The notes beneath the pieces are model-generated. The model did no database searches. It had not been told where the DNA came from and saw only the letters and a list, made by a program, of their open reading frames with translations. Positions 18,313-29,004 of a stretch of DNA of 29,004 bases are shown here, in pieces. Numbering within the stretch: position 1 is the stretch's first letter; each line of letters begins with the position of its first letter. Source of the DNA: Promethearchaeota archaeon. GTDB lineage: Archaea > Asgardarchaeota > Lokiarchaeia > Sigyniarchaeales > SOKP01. Both the position numbers and the translations under genes were made by a program. The DNA lies in NCBI GenBank assembly GCA_016926735.1, contig JAFGOA010000104.1:1-29004 (forward strand). Direction: 5' to 3'.

Positions 18313-19140
18313 TTACTTAAGATTTTGGATAAATTTACAGATTATCTCATTATAGACCTCTTTTCTTTGGGAGGGCCCAAAATGACCTGCCATATCAATA
18401 ATTTCTAAAGTAGAATTGGGTATTTTGCGATGTAATTCTTTCGACATTTCAATTGGAGCAAAGTTATCAAGTCTTCCACCAATTATTAATGTTGGGCATT
18501 TTACAAATGAAGGATTATATTCTTTAATTTCATTTATCATATTGAATATTTGCTCCTCTATATTCATATATATCTCATCTCTTGTCATTTTAATTTTGTA
18601 ATTCCCATTTGCTAATGCTTGAACAATAAATGGTATTGTTTTATCTAAGATGATATCAACAGAATCTACTACTGCATCCAAGAAATTTATTCTTACCATA
18701 TATGGAAGCAAATTATAAAAGATATTCCTTATAACATTATCTGTATTTATATATCCTGAATTTAATAATATTAAAAATTTAATATCTTCTGGATGATTTT
18801 TACAGATTAATTGAGCTATCATTCCTCCTACTAAAGAATGACCAATTATCCCAATAGGGCCTTTGATATTTAAATATTTTAGAAGATCTTCTAAATCATT
18901 TATTATTTCATGCCGAATATTTTCTTTCAGATTTAATTTATCTGGATGATCACTTCTTCCATGACCCAAGGCGTCAAAACAGAGAACTCTATAATCTTTT
19001 TTTAAAATGTTTATCTGTTCTTTGAAGAATGATACTGAAGATGCAAAACCATGAATCAAAACAATAGTACAAATTGTTGATTGAGGATTAAATTCTTCAT
19101 AATAAAGTTTAAATCCTTCATTATTTAGATAATACGGCAT
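18313..19140 (-). CDS. Alpha/beta-fold hydrolase
   Basis: LIHGF, DALGHGRS, GHS nucleophile, CPTLIIGGRLD, AGH. Confidence 0.9.
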   Translation of the reverse strand: MPYYLNNEGFKLYYEEFNPQSTICTIVLIHGFASSVSFFKEQINILKKDYRVLCFDALGHGRSDHPDKLNLKENIRHEIINDLEDLLKYLNIKGPIGIIGHSLVGGMIAQLICKNHPEDIKFLILLNSGYINTDNVIRNIFYNLLPYMVRINFLDAVVDSVDIILDKTIPFIVQALANGNYKIKMTRDEIYMNIEEQIFNMINEIKEYNPSFVKCPTLIIGGRLDNFAPIEMSKELHRKIPNSTLEIIDMAGHFGPSQRKEVYNEIICKFIQNLK

Positions 19141-19308
19141 ATGAATTTTTCTTATAGGAATATCTAATATTTTTTGTAATTAATCATACAAAAAATAGTT
19201 TTCTAAGATAACCTATTGAAATTTATACATTTTTTTAATAGATTAAAAAAAGTTGTGAGAAATAATCATTTAGAATTTAATTATATCATTTTATTATTTT
19301 CTATAACC

Positions 19309-20781
19309 TTAGAATATTGTATCTCCAGTGGATTTATTAACCTTATAGTGTCTGAATTTTGTTGTTACTCTATCTATATTTTTATTAAATAGTCCATTCT
19401 TCAAAATTTCATTTGGAAATAAATATTTTGCCATATGATAAATCATTTCTTTACTCTCAATACAATTAAATAACTTTAGACATTCACAAGAATAAAATAT
19501 TTCACTTACTAAGTCATAATTTGTATCTGTACAGAAATCTGTTATTTCTAAGTTTCTATAAATTCTTGAAACAACACTGTTTAATATTTCATGATCCTTT
19601 AATTTATCTAAAGTATCTTCCATATACGAAGAAAATAAGACATAATAAGTGGCTTCTGATGAAACGATACCATCTTTATATTGGAGAATACCTTCTGGAG
19701 TGATTCTTCTATCTATTTCTTCTATAATAGCATTTATTTTTTGTTTATCTATTTTATCAATTAGTCCAAGGATATTATAAAGTTTTAATATAACAACTAA
19801 TTGAGATGTCTCTAAATTCATTAAGTAATGTTTTTCAAAAAATGATGCATCTGCTTTTATTAATTGATCCAATTTTTTTTCTGAGAGATTCATATTAATT
19901 AATTCAATAGACTTAAAGAAATAATAAATTTGATCTGTATCTTCTATTATCGCTGCATCAAATTCATCAATTATTTCACTATAAGTTTCTAATAGGAATT
20001 TTTCTACCTTTTCCACATCAATTTCAATATGGAGTGCTTTTGATAGATATAGTCCACAAAAGTAAAGATCTGGATTTCTAAGAGTAACGAGAGGAACAGA
20101 TTGTAACCACTCGTTAATATTATCTTTAAGATATTTTTTAATTTTAGTGAACTCGAACATTCTTTCTAAATTAAAAAAATTAATAATTCTATAGATCATA
20201 TAGATTAATTGAAGTTTATCTTGAGGATCTTGGATATTTTCTAAGCTTTCGATTTCACATTTATTCTGACTAAATTTTTTAATTATTTTATTTCGAATAT
20301 TGATATATTTCTTTAGATTTGCTGTTTTTTCCGGATCATTTTCTAATAAATTTTTCAATCGCTGAATCTCCATTATAACTTCAAAAGGTAGAATTCCTTT
20401 TGATTTCAATTGTAAAATTAAAGGAGCTACACTAGAATCTACTAAATAATCAATAATTTTTTCTAAAAAAGCTTCATATATAAGTGGAGATATCTTTTTA
20501 TCATATAATTCAAATGAGGAATTAAGATAATTTTTCTCATCAGAATTTATATTTAAAGATGGATCAAAGAATTTATTTTTAATATCTTCTTCAGAAAATC
20601 CTAATTCTAAAAGTGTTTTTGTGAGACTTTTTTCCATATTATTTAATGAATCTTCTAAGTCTTTTTTATTAAATTTAATATTACTAATCGATTTTTGAAA
20701 AAAATTATCTATACTTTTATAAAAAACTTCACTCTCATTAATGTATAAATCAAGAATATTGAATAAACCCTGATAAATCAT
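19309..20781 (-). CDS. Hypothetical all-helical protein (490 aa), C-terminal half reminiscent of prenyltransferase-like alpha/alpha repeats
   Basis: Long clean ORF; recurring motifs PDLYFCGL, TDQIYYFFKS, SEATYYVL, SEIFYSCECL; fold assignment tentative. Confidence 0.6.
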   Translation of the reverse strand: MIYQGLFNILDLYINESEVFYKSIDNFFQKSISNIKFNKKDLEDSLNNMEKSLTKTLLELGFSEEDIKNKFFDPSLNINSDEKNYLNSSFELYDKKISPLIYEAFLEKIIDYLVDSSVAPLILQLKSKGILPFEVIMEIQRLKNLLENDPEKTANLKKYINIRNKIIKKFSQNKCEIESLENIQDPQDKLQLIYMIYRIINFFNLERMFEFTKIKKYLKDNINEWLQSVPLVTLRNPDLYFCGLYLSKALHIEIDVEKVEKFLLETYSEIIDEFDAAIIEDTDQIYYFFKSIELINMNLSEKKLDQLIKADASFFEKHYLMNLETSQLVVILKLYNILGLIDKIDKQKINAIIEEIDRRITPEGILQYKDGIVSSEATYYVLFSSYMEDTLDKLKDHEILNSVVSRIYRNLEITDFCTDTNYDLVSEIFYSCECLKLFNCIESKEMIYHMAKYLFPNEILKNGLFNKNIDRVTTKFRHYKVNKSTGDTIF

Positions 20782-21049
20782 TATTACATCATATATCTTA
20801 TTTTTAAAAAAAAAACTCTTTTAAGTAGAAATGCGAATTAAAAATTTTATATTTTTCTATTTTAAATCTTAATATTAAATTTCTCTTTTATAAAATTGTG
20901 ATACTTTCATAAGAAGTAAGAACTATTTCTATTGTCAAACCATAAACAAGAATTTGTTTTTTTGATAAAAATTTTAAACTTTTTTATATTCTTTAAAATT
21001 ATTGTTGCTCAATTATAATATTTAAACTTTTTAAATGAGGTAATGTAGA

Positions 21050-22897
21050 GTGTGTGGAATTTTTGGGATAATATACCTAGGAAACAAGCAAATTGGTAAA
21101 ATAGCGTTAGAAGGAATTAGACGATTAGAATATCGTGGTTATGATTCTTGTGGAATTGTAGTTCATAAAAATGGAGAATTATATTTGAGAAAAGATTCTG
21201 GAAAAATACAAGAAATTCAAGATAAATTGAAATTTGATGAACTAATTGGAAATATAGCATTAGCCCATACTAGGTGGGCAACTCATGGCGCTCCTATTAA
21301 AAAAAATAGTCATCCTCACTTAGACTGTAAAAATGAAATAGCTGTAGTGCATAACGGTATTATAGAGAATTTTATTTCTCTAAAAAAAGAACTACTATCA
21401 AAAGGACATGTATTTCAATCTGATACCGATACGGAAATAATACCTCATTTAATTGAAGAATATATCAAAGAAGGTATTGATTTTAAAAATTCAGTAATAA
21501 AGACGTTAAAAAGGTGTAAGGGTGCCTATGGGATTGTAATTTGTTATTCTAAAGAGCCTAATTCTATAATCGTCGCTAGAAAAGAATCTCCTATAATTAT
21601 TGGATTAGATAAAGGAAAAGTAAGCTATTGTGCTTCTGATATCCCTGCTCTTTTACCATATACGCGAGATTTTTATATACTTGGAGATAATGAATTAGCA
21701 ATATTAAGACCCGGAGATGTATCTATCGTAAATTTTAAAAATGAACCTATTGAAATAACAAAACCTTTAAAACATATAGATTGGAGTATAGATGCTGCTG
21801 AAAAAGGAGGATATGAGCATTTTATGCTAAAGGAGATTTTCGAAGAACCAAATGCTTTAAGAAGAACCTTAAAGATTTCAGAGAATGAATTAAAAATGTT
21901 TGCAAAAGAGTTAATGGATGCTGAGAATATTTATATAACTGCTGCAGGTACCTCATATTATGCTTCTTTGGCTGGAAAATATATAATTACTAAATTCCTT
22001 GGAAAATATATACAAGAAATCGAATGTAGTGAATTAGAAAATCAATTATTAGATTCTTTGAAAAATAATTCTGTTATCATTGCCGTTTCCCAATCTGGAG
22101 AGACTATAGATCTTATTGAAGCAATTAGATGGGCAAGAAAGGCACAAAAAAATATTAAAATATTATCTCTAACAAATGTTGTAGGATCTTCTATTACTAG
22201 ATATTCTGATTTAACAATAATTACACAAGCAGGACCAGAGATTGGTGTTGCTGCAACAAAGACATACACAACACAAGTATTAAGTCTTGGATTAATTGGG
22301 TTACAAATTGCAAGAGAACGAAATGTATTACCAAAAGAGGAAATTGATTCTTATTATGATGCTTTAAAATCATCTCCAGATATTATCGAGGATTTTCTAA
22401 AAAAAACTAATCATTCTATTGAGAAATTGGTTGATAATTTAGAAAAAAATGCTAATTACTTTTTCCTAGCTCGAGGTATATCGATAGCAACTGCTAAAGA
22501 AGGAGGATTAAAATTAAAAGAAGTTGCGTGTAGATTTATTGAAGGATATTCTGCTGCAAATGCAAAACATGGGCCTATAGCCTTAGTAAGAGAAGGATTC
22601 CCTATAATATTCATTGCTCCTCCTGACGAATCATATGAAAGATTGGTTGGAAATATTATGGAATTTAAAGCCAGAGGAGGCCATATAATTTCTGTAGTTG
22701 TAGAATCTGATGAAATAATCAGTGATCTAAGTGATACTGTTATAAGAATCCCTCAACCAGCAAATAAATACTATAATTTATTTAGTCCAATTACTTTTAT
22801 TCCAGCCCTTCAATTACTTGCCTATCATAGTGCTTTAGCTCATGGACTAGATCCAGATCAACCATTAAATTTAGCTAAAACGGTAACTGTTCATTAA
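21050..22897 (+). CDS. glmS: Glutamine--fructose-6-phosphate aminotransferase (isomerizing)
   Basis: N-terminal MCGI, LEYRGYDS, HTRWATHG, HNGIIEN, SQSGET, VAATKT, LKLKE, KHGP, NLAKTVTV; GAGGT SD before GTG. Confidence 0.98.
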   Translation: MCGIFGIIYLGNKQIGKIALEGIRRLEYRGYDSCGIVVHKNGELYLRKDSGKIQEIQDKLKFDELIGNIALAHTRWATHGAPIKKNSHPHLDCKNEIAVVHNGIIENFISLKKELLSKGHVFQSDTDTEIIPHLIEEYIKEGIDFKNSVIKTLKRCKGAYGIVICYSKEPNSIIVARKESPIIIGLDKGKVSYCASDIPALLPYTRDFYILGDNELAILRPGDVSIVNFKNEPIEITKPLKHIDWSIDAAEKGGYEHFMLKEIFEEPNALRRTLKISENELKMFAKELMDAENIYITAAGTSYYASLAGKYIITKFLGKYIQEIECSELENQLLDSLKNNSVIIAVSQSGETIDLIEAIRWARKAQKNIKILSLTNVVGSSITRYSDLTIITQAGPEIGVAATKTYTTQVLSLGLIGLQIARERNVLPKEEIDSYYDALKSSPDIIEDFLKKTNHSIEKLVDNLEKNANYFFLARGISIATAKEGGLKLKEVACRFIEGYSAANAKHGPIALVREGFPIIFIAPPDESYERLVGNIMEFKARGGHIISVVVESDEIISDLSDTVIRIPQPANKYYNLFSPITFIPALQLLAYHSALAHGLDPDQPLNLAKTVTVH

Positions 22898-22909
22898 AAA
22901 AAAAAAATA

Positions 22910-24415
22910 TTATAAATTTCTAAGTTCAAAAAGATTTGCTTGCCATCCCTCTAAATCTGCATAATATCCATAATTATTCAATTCCTCTCCATGAAGGAAA
23001 TTTTCTTCTTTTGTATAAAGATCTTCGAATAATATTACTTTTTGATTAAACTGAAGAGATGGTATTTTTACATAACCTTTCGAAATGTTATTACTTAAAT
23101 TTACTATAAATAGAAAATGGTTATAATAATTCCACCAATGATATGCAATTAAATTATCTGATGGAACACGATTATTATCTTTTTTCATAATCAATACTTC
23201 ACATAATTCCCAATTCCCGCTTTTAATTTTTCGTTTAGATAATAAATTGAGTAATTTTTTATAATATTCAAAAATCTCGTTATTATTCCCTTCATTAACT
23301 CTTCTCTTTAGTTGAATAGGTAATTTTATTCTATATCCTTTCATTTGCCCTTCGTATATAAATCCCATTCCAGGAAGAGTTAGAATTAAAAGTATTGCAA
23401 TTTTTAAGTAACTATCTTCTAATAGATTAAAAGATCTTGGTTCATCATGATTTTCAATAAATCTTACTAATTTTTTCTGAAAAGAGATATCTGCTTTAAG
23501 ATGTTCAATTATACCTTTAGTATCTTTTTTAATAATTCTGTCATATAATCTCTTATCATAACAAAAATCAAAACCATGTTGAATTAAGTTCCATTCCATA
23601 TTCCAATATACCTCAGCTATGAATCTAAAGTCTGGATGTTTTTCTTTAACTTTTGGAATTACTTCCATCCAAAATTCTTTTTCAGGTGGATTACCAACTT
23701 TCTCTTTCCATGTTTGTTTAAATATATCATTTGTAAGTAACATAGCCATATCACATCTTACAGCATCACATAACTCCGCAATTAATAATAATGTATTGAT
23801 AGTTTTATTTCTGGCTTCTTTTGAAAAAGCATTAATTTGTACTGTATCCGTCCAAGAAGGAAAATTTGGATCTTTACCATGAGCATAAACTATACCATAT
23901 TTCGAGAAAAATTCATCAGGTTTATTCATTAAATCCTCTGTTGTACCTTTTATAAATATATCTGATTTTTCTAATATCCAAAGATGATCTATAGCAACAT
24001 GATTTGGGACATAATCTAAAATTAATTTGATATTTCTTTCAGTTAATTTTGTCCTAAAGTTTGCTAAAGCTTCATTTCCTCCTAATCTTGGTTCTATATG
24101 ATAATAATGTATTGCATAAGGAGATCCTATAATATCATCCTCTCTAAGGTTATCTAAAGCTTCATGAAATTCCTTTTGAAGACCTGAATGCTCTGAGGAA
24201 ATACGTTTGCTTGTTGGGCTCCTTTCCCAAACACCCATTAACCATACAGCATCAAAATTATTCAACAAATTCTCAAATATATCATCAGGAATCATATCAA
24301 GTTTAATCTCCTCGTGATATTCCTCCGAAAGTTCATTTAACCATGGAATCGTATTTATTTCTAAAATATTTGGATTATCTACCCATTTTTTATTTAGATC
24401 TACCATTTCAATCAA
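22910..24415 (-). CDS. Glycoside hydrolase family 13 (alpha-amylase-like) protein
   Basis: LDYVPNH, catalytic RCDMAM, AEVYW, ENHDEPR; TLPG...YEGQ. Confidence 0.92.
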   Translation of the reverse strand: MIEMVDLNKKWVDNPNILEINTIPWLNELSEEYHEEIKLDMIPDDIFENLLNNFDAVWLMGVWERSPTSKRISSEHSGLQKEFHEALDNLREDDIIGSPYAIHYYHIEPRLGGNEALANFRTKLTERNIKLILDYVPNHVAIDHLWILEKSDIFIKGTTEDLMNKPDEFFSKYGIVYAHGKDPNFPSWTDTVQINAFSKEARNKTINTLLLIAELCDAVRCDMAMLLTNDIFKQTWKEKVGNPPEKEFWMEVIPKVKEKHPDFRFIAEVYWNMEWNLIQHGFDFCYDKRLYDRIIKKDTKGIIEHLKADISFQKKLVRFIENHDEPRSFNLLEDSYLKIAILLILTLPGMGFIYEGQMKGYRIKLPIQLKRRVNEGNNNEIFEYYKKLLNLLSKRKIKSGNWELCEVLIMKKDNNRVPSDNLIAYHWWNYYNHFLFIVNLSNNISKGYVKIPSLQFNQKVILFEDLYTKEENFLHGEELNNYGYYADLEGWQANLFELRNL

Positions 24416-24575
24416 CTAATTTTTATATTTTGGTATTTAAAGTTATTATAATCTATATTAGTATTTATTTTAATTGGATGAGTTATTTAAAATATAAAAT
24501 AAAATCAAAAATCTCATTATAATAACGAGTACATAATAAAAATAAGAAAAAAAACAGAAATTTAATTTCTATTTA

Positions 24576-26252
24576 TTATTCTTTTTTTTTCATCCTAATT
24601 ACATAAATTCCCATAAAAAGGGATATAATTCCGAATACAACAAAGAGATCATATCCTGGTACACTATTACCTGTATTTTCTGATCTTTCTGGATAATCAT
24701 TTGGATCTAATGGATCGGTATTAGCATCAATTTCCTCACCATCTTCAAATCCATCATCATCAGTATCTTTATCATTAGGTTCTGTTCCGTGTATATCCAC
24801 CTCATCACCATCTTCTAATCCATCATCATCAGTATCTTTATCATTAGGTTCTGTTCCATATATATCTACCTCATCACCATCTTCTAATCCATCATCATCA
24901 GTATCAGGGTCATTTGGATGTGTATTAAATTCAAATTCTCTTATATTAGTTAATCCATCTTGATCAGGATCGTCGGTTGAATCTGGAACACTGGGATCTA
25001 TTTCACCCCAAACTTCCCATCCATCTTCTAAGTCATCATTATCTGTATCAGAGTTAATAAAATCTGTATTATAAAGTACTTCTTGATAATTTAGTAATCC
25101 ATCATGGTCCAAATCCTCTGAGGATAATGGGAATCTATCTTTCTCAATATTGCCGCTTATTTCATAAGAGATATTCATAAACCATCCTGTTGTGTTAATT
25201 GATGCTTCTGGATAACGATCATAATAATCATCCCAATAATTTCCAAAATTAGACCCATCATCCCAATGATTTAAATTTCCCAGAGATTTTGCCTGACCAT
25301 ATTGATTATTCTTGAAACTATTAAACGCTATTAGGTTATTCTCTGAAGAAATATCCAATTGAATACCATAATAATCATTGAAAGAAAATATGTTGGCAAT
25401 AATTATATTATTATCAGAATTCAATAATTCCGTTCCATTTTGGTTAGTAATAAAATAATTACATCTTATATTATTAGCATGTGCATCATCTAGATAGAGT
25501 CCCTTTTGATTTAGTGTATAATCATTATTAAAAATATCATTACCATTTGAACCTGCTAATAATAAACAAGAATTTTCATTATTAAATAACACATTTTTAT
25601 GGATAGAATTACTAGTTGAATTAAATAGCATAATCCCCATATTGTTCTCTTGGATTGTATTTTCGATTATTTGAATTGTATTTGAATTTGAGAGAATCAT
25701 TGAAGAACTTGTATGAAGAGAAAGATTATTACCTATAATATTAATATCTTTTGAGTTAGTAAGTTGAATACCGCAGTAATTTTCATATATTTCATTTTGA
25801 AAAATAATATTTTGTTCTGAAAATGAGCAAGATATTGCATAATTCATGTTGTGAAAGAATTTACATTCAATAATGGCAATATTAGATGTATTATAAAGTT
25901 CGATTGCTCTTGACCAGTCGAAAAAACTACAATTATATATAATTATAAAACGATTTGAATTTTTTATTTGTAAAGCAAATTCTTCTCCTTCACCGTTAAA
26001 AACTAAATCTTCTAGTAAATATGCGTTTTCAAATGATAGTCCCACTGTATTATTTTCAACAAAAAAATAATCTACAGCATCATTTCCATCAATTGATATT
26101 GATGTGGCAGAATTTTGTAAATTATAATTTTTTTTATTTGATGAATTTAATCCAATTAATTGAATATTAGAACCTAAAACAATCAAAAAAGTAAAAAAAA
26201 CTAATAATAGAATCGAATTTTCAAATTTTTTAAAACACTTCATATTTTTCAC
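24576..26252 (-). CDS. Cell-surface protein: signal peptide, NosD/CASH parallel beta-helix, acidic Ca-binding (TSP3-like) repeats, Loki-CTERM-like anchor
   Basis: GIxLxxSxxNxIxxN repeats, [20 protein letters not shown] repeats, C-terminal VPGYD-hydrophobic-RMKKKE. Confidence 0.88.
   Translation of the reverse strand: MKNMKCFKKFENSILLLVFFTFLIVLGSNIQLIGLNSSNKKNYNLQNSATSISIDGNDAVDYFFVENNTVGLSFENAYLLEDLVFNGEGEEFALQIKNSNRFIIIYNCSFFDWSRAIELYNTSNIAIIECKFFHNMNYAISCSFSEQNIIFQNEIYENYCGIQLTNSKDINIIGNNLSLHTSSSMILSNSNTIQIIENTIQENNMGIMLFNSTSNSIHKNVLFNNENSCLLLAGSNGNDIFNNDYTLNQKGLYLDDAHANNIRCNYFITNQNGTELLNSDNNIIIANIFSFNDYYGIQLDISSENNLIAFNSFKNNQYGQAKSLGNLNHWDDGSNFGNYWDDYYDRYPEASINTTGWFMNISYEISGNIEKDRFPLSSEDLDHDGLLNYQEVLYNTDFINSDTDNDDLEDGWEVWGEIDPSVPDSTDDPDQDGLTNIREFEFNTHPNDPDTDDDGLEDGDEVDIYGTEPNDKDTDDDGLEDGDEVDIHGTEPNDKDTDDDGFEDGEEIDANTDPLDPNDYPERSENTGNSVPGYDLFVVFGIISLFMGIYVIRMKKKE
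24736..24905. repeat. Intragenic 69-bp tandem repeat (about 2.5 copies)
   Basis: tcaccatcttc(t/a)aatccatcatcatcagtatc recurs at 24736, 24805, 24874; encodes 23-aa [23 protein letters not shown] units. Confidence 0.92.
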
Positions 26253-26526
26253 AAAAATAGAGTATAATTTTATGTTTTATTCAATAAAGTAGTAGGTTAA
26301 GTTGTATTGCATTTATCCTACTATTTATAATTAATAATATGAATTTTAGTCAGTTATTAAAAAGATCTAGTACAAAAATGAATTATGTATAAAAATTATA
26401 TTATTGCCCAATTTTTGATTAGAATTATATTTTTTTAGGGAGAAAATTAATTTAATTCTTTAAACTGAAATGATAGTTCCTATTTTTTATTGTTCTTAAA
26501 ATATCACTTGAGAGTATATTTTTTAG

Positions 26527-27411
26527 AAGCACCTGTGGAAATTAAATTTATTAAATAACAAAATAAAAGATATTTCTTTACTGAGGAACCTAACAAATCT
26601 TACTAGAGTTTTATTAAGTAAGAATCACATTAAAAAAATTCAAGGATTAGAAAAAGCAATACATTTAGAATATCTGGATCTATTTAATAATAAAATAGAA
26701 AAAATTGAAAATTTATCAAATCTTAAAAATCTTAAATATCTAAACTTAAGCTACAACAACATTTCAAAGATTGAAAATCTTGAGAATCTTGTTAATTTAG
26801 AAAAGTTATCTCTTTCAGGTAATAAAAGCATAAATAAAATTGGAAATTTAAATAATAACATTAAATTGAAAAGTCTTTTTTTAGAAGATCTTTCAATAGG
26901 TCGAATAGAAGGATTTTCTAAATTAAAAGAATTAAGGCAATTACTCATCATACTTGATGAGAATCCAGGTAAATTATCTAAGTTAGAAGGCTTAGAAAAT
27001 CTAATTAATTTAGAGGAAATTGAAATAGATGTATTTAATATTGTTGTAGATGATGTTCCAATTAAAGAATATGTGATATTTTATAGATTTCCTTGTTTGG
27101 TTAAAAGTAAAAATTATAAATCTATTGAAGATTGGCAAGATATATTTAAAAATTTCCCTACAGCATTTAGAAAATTAAAACGAGGTATGTCAGATGAAAA
27201 AATTGAATGGTATATTGAACAATGTTCTGATAATTTATCATATGTCATTAATAAAATATTGATAGATCCTGAATATAAATACATTAAAGAAGGTCAAGAA
27301 AAAGAATGGAAAGAAATTTATAATAATGCAAAACAGATTTTTTCCAAAAAGGGGCCAAAAAAGAATATATTAGCACTTGTAAAAAAGGAAGTTAGAAAAA
27401 GAAAATTTTAA
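26527..27411 (+). pseudogene. SDS22-type leucine-rich-repeat protein, apparently 5'-truncated (no canonical start before the repeats)
   Basis: Frame open from TAG 26524-26526: KHLWKLNLLNNKIKDISLLRNLTNLTRVLLSKNHIKKIQGLEKAIHLEYLDLFNNKIEKIENLSNLKNLKYLNLSYNNISKIENLENLVNLEKLSLSGN..., continuous with track ORF 26866..27411. Confidence 0.65.
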
Positions 27412-27883
27412 TTTTATATAAAAAATATAAATTAAATTCAAATTTATTTTTCAATATTATTTATTATTGCTAAATTATCTCATCTTCTCATGGTTATTAA
27501 ATTTATAAGAAAAAATCAATGATGATAACAATGATGTTGATGTTTATATTTAATCAAAAAAAAATAATAGTAATCCTTAATAAAGTAGTAATAATTTATT
27601 TATACCAATTTTATCTTTTTTTTAAAAAAAATTAGAATATAGGCTAGCTATCTGATAAAATATTCAATTATTAGTTAATAAATTTTGTCATAAAAAAAAA
27701 TCCTATTATTAGGGATGTTATATATCTTGCATGATATATAGTTTCTAATTATAGACTGCATTCTGGCGATGCTATTCATATTTCATTTTGTTTAATATAT
27801 AAGATAAATTCAATGTTAATAAAGGAACAAGAATTTTTTGATTCAATAATGCTCATAATTAGTCAATCAAAAAATATTTTTGT

Positions 27884-28348
27884 TCAGCTCATTTTTCCTT
27901 CTAATGTTTTTGCCCATTCCCTAGCATTCTTAAGATCTTCTGAAGAGGGATGACTCCACCTAAAAAAAAGAGTCCTTCCATAACATGTAAAATAAGGTTT
28001 GAGAATTTTTATTTGTTGAGAGCGATTTAGAAGTTGATCCTCCAATTTTTGAAATGCTTGATTAGCACTATCTCCTCTCCCTAACCAAGTAGCAAAAAGA
28101 GCAAGAGGGGCATCATCTGGTGGTAAATATTGATCAAGAAATTTGCAGATTTCTTTGTCAAAACACCCTCCATACACTCCTGAACCAATCCAATAGATGT
28201 CAGCTTGGTTGTTTTTCCAAAAATCCTTCATTTCATTGTCGGTGAGATTGCGAATATTAAATTGAATGGCATTAAGCTCAGAAGAGATTGAAGAAGCGAC
28301 CTTCTCCGTGTTTCCACTTTTACTAGAATACAAAATTATGTTTTTCAT
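27884..28348 (-). CDS. Flavodoxin-domain protein
   Basis: ILYSSKSGNTEKVA FMN-binding loop, IGSGVYGG, LALFAT, HPSSEDLKNAREWA. Confidence 0.9.
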   Translation of the reverse strand: MKNIILYSSKSGNTEKVASSISSELNAIQFNIRNLTDNEMKDFWKNNQADIYWIGSGVYGGCFDKEICKFLDQYLPPDDAPLALFATWLGRGDSANQAFQKLEDQLLNRSQQIKILKPYFTCYGRTLFFRWSHPSSEDLKNAREWAKTLEGKMS

Positions 28349-28556
28349 GTTTAATCCACGATTTTATTCCATAAAGAATTTTGGTGAATTTTACAAATGA
28401 ATGAACAATTAAAAATTAATCATTTTTTAAATGATCTAAATAGACATTTATGAATTGATCATTGATTTTTTGAAAAATTGATTTTGAAAATAAGTTCTTA
28501 ATGGAAAATATATCTTTTTTCATGGAATAAGAATTTATTAACGTCAATTACCAAAA

Positions 28557-28835
28557 TCATTCTAAAGATTCAAGATAAAAATTTTAGAGAAATTTTTTAA
28601 TTTCTTTATCACTTGCTTTCTATTCAATCCCCCTTTGTTGAAGCAACGCTATCAATCCAAGTAACTCAACTAGATTTGTTGCTACAAATTTAAAATGCTC
28701 ATTTTCAGCAATCCATCTTTCTTGCTTATTCTCTTGTGGTTCAAAAAATAATTTGAATCTAAAGGTTTTAACAGTTAGATATGCTGGTGTTTTTGTATTA
28801 CCCGTAGTTGCTATTATTTAAAAATTCTCCTTCAT
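28557..28835 (-). pseudogene. Decayed small hypothetical gene with three in-frame stops
   Basis: MKENF*IIATTGNTKTPAYLTVKTFRFKLFFEPQENKQERWIAENEHFKFVATNLVELLGLIALLQQRGIE*KASDKEIKKFL*NFYLESLE*; protein-like in one frame. Confidence 0.55.
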
Positions 28836-29004
28836 AATGAATTTTTATATGTTATTTAATATTTAAAAATAATTATTCTATTAGACTATGCAAAATAATT
28901 ATTTTCAAAAAAAAAAAAGAAGATTTTAGATTATGGGTTAAAAATTAATCTTTTCTTAGAAATATAAGAAGTTCCTATAATTCCAATGAAAAATATTATC
29001 ATGA

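Noticed and set aside
18416-19703. Short + strand ORFs 18416..18601 and 19521..19703
   Set aside because: Antisense shadows within longer, better-supported minus-strand genes.
22042-23882. ORFs 22042..22269 (-) and 23619..23882 (+)
   Set aside because: Antisense to glmS and the GH13 gene.
24736-24905. CRISPR-like array
   Set aside because: Intervening sequences are also repeated and the unit encodes in-frame protein repeats.
26493-26531. BHB intron upstream of LRR gene
   Set aside because: Extra bases lie on the wrong strand. Canonical cuts remove 32 nt, create TAA and shift the frame.
26751-26951. 66-aa - strand ORF
   Set aside because: Antisense to LRR-coding frame.
27752-27780. Small GCAT/ATGC hairpin with BHB-like flanks
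   Set aside because: Bulge size and helix register do not fit, and there is no interrupted gene around it.

Overview
Very AT-rich archaeal chromosomal window, most likely an Asgard archaeon of the Lokiarchaeia/Promethearchaeota type. The assignment is inferred from a Loki-CTERM-like surface protein, split purS/purQ/purL, GGTGA ribosome-binding sites and a CdrS-like RHH gene. Housekeeping genes are nadE, purS-purQ-purL, purC, glmS, a GH13 glycosidase, Hsp20 with PadR, a flavodoxin, a MazG-like pyrophosphatase and an orphan adenine methyltransferase. There are also surface, TPR and LRR proteins and a large double-HNH protein. The main result is in nadE (NAD+ synthetase, minus strand), which is interrupted inside its conserved TKYGD|GG motif by a 30-nt, stop-containing insertion (3050-3079). 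The insertion folds into a bulge-helix-bulge (BHB) motif whose predicted endonuclease cuts coincide exactly with the junctions that restore a 253-aa NadE. This is an apparent tRNA-type intron in an Asgard mRNA. A diverged N-terminal-only nadE paralog upstream breaks two codons from the same site at a weaker BHB-like hairpin, and an HNH gene overlaps the nadE 3' end. Separately, at least four genes appear to initiate at ATT/ATA codons behind good SD sites and were missed or truncated by the ORF track.
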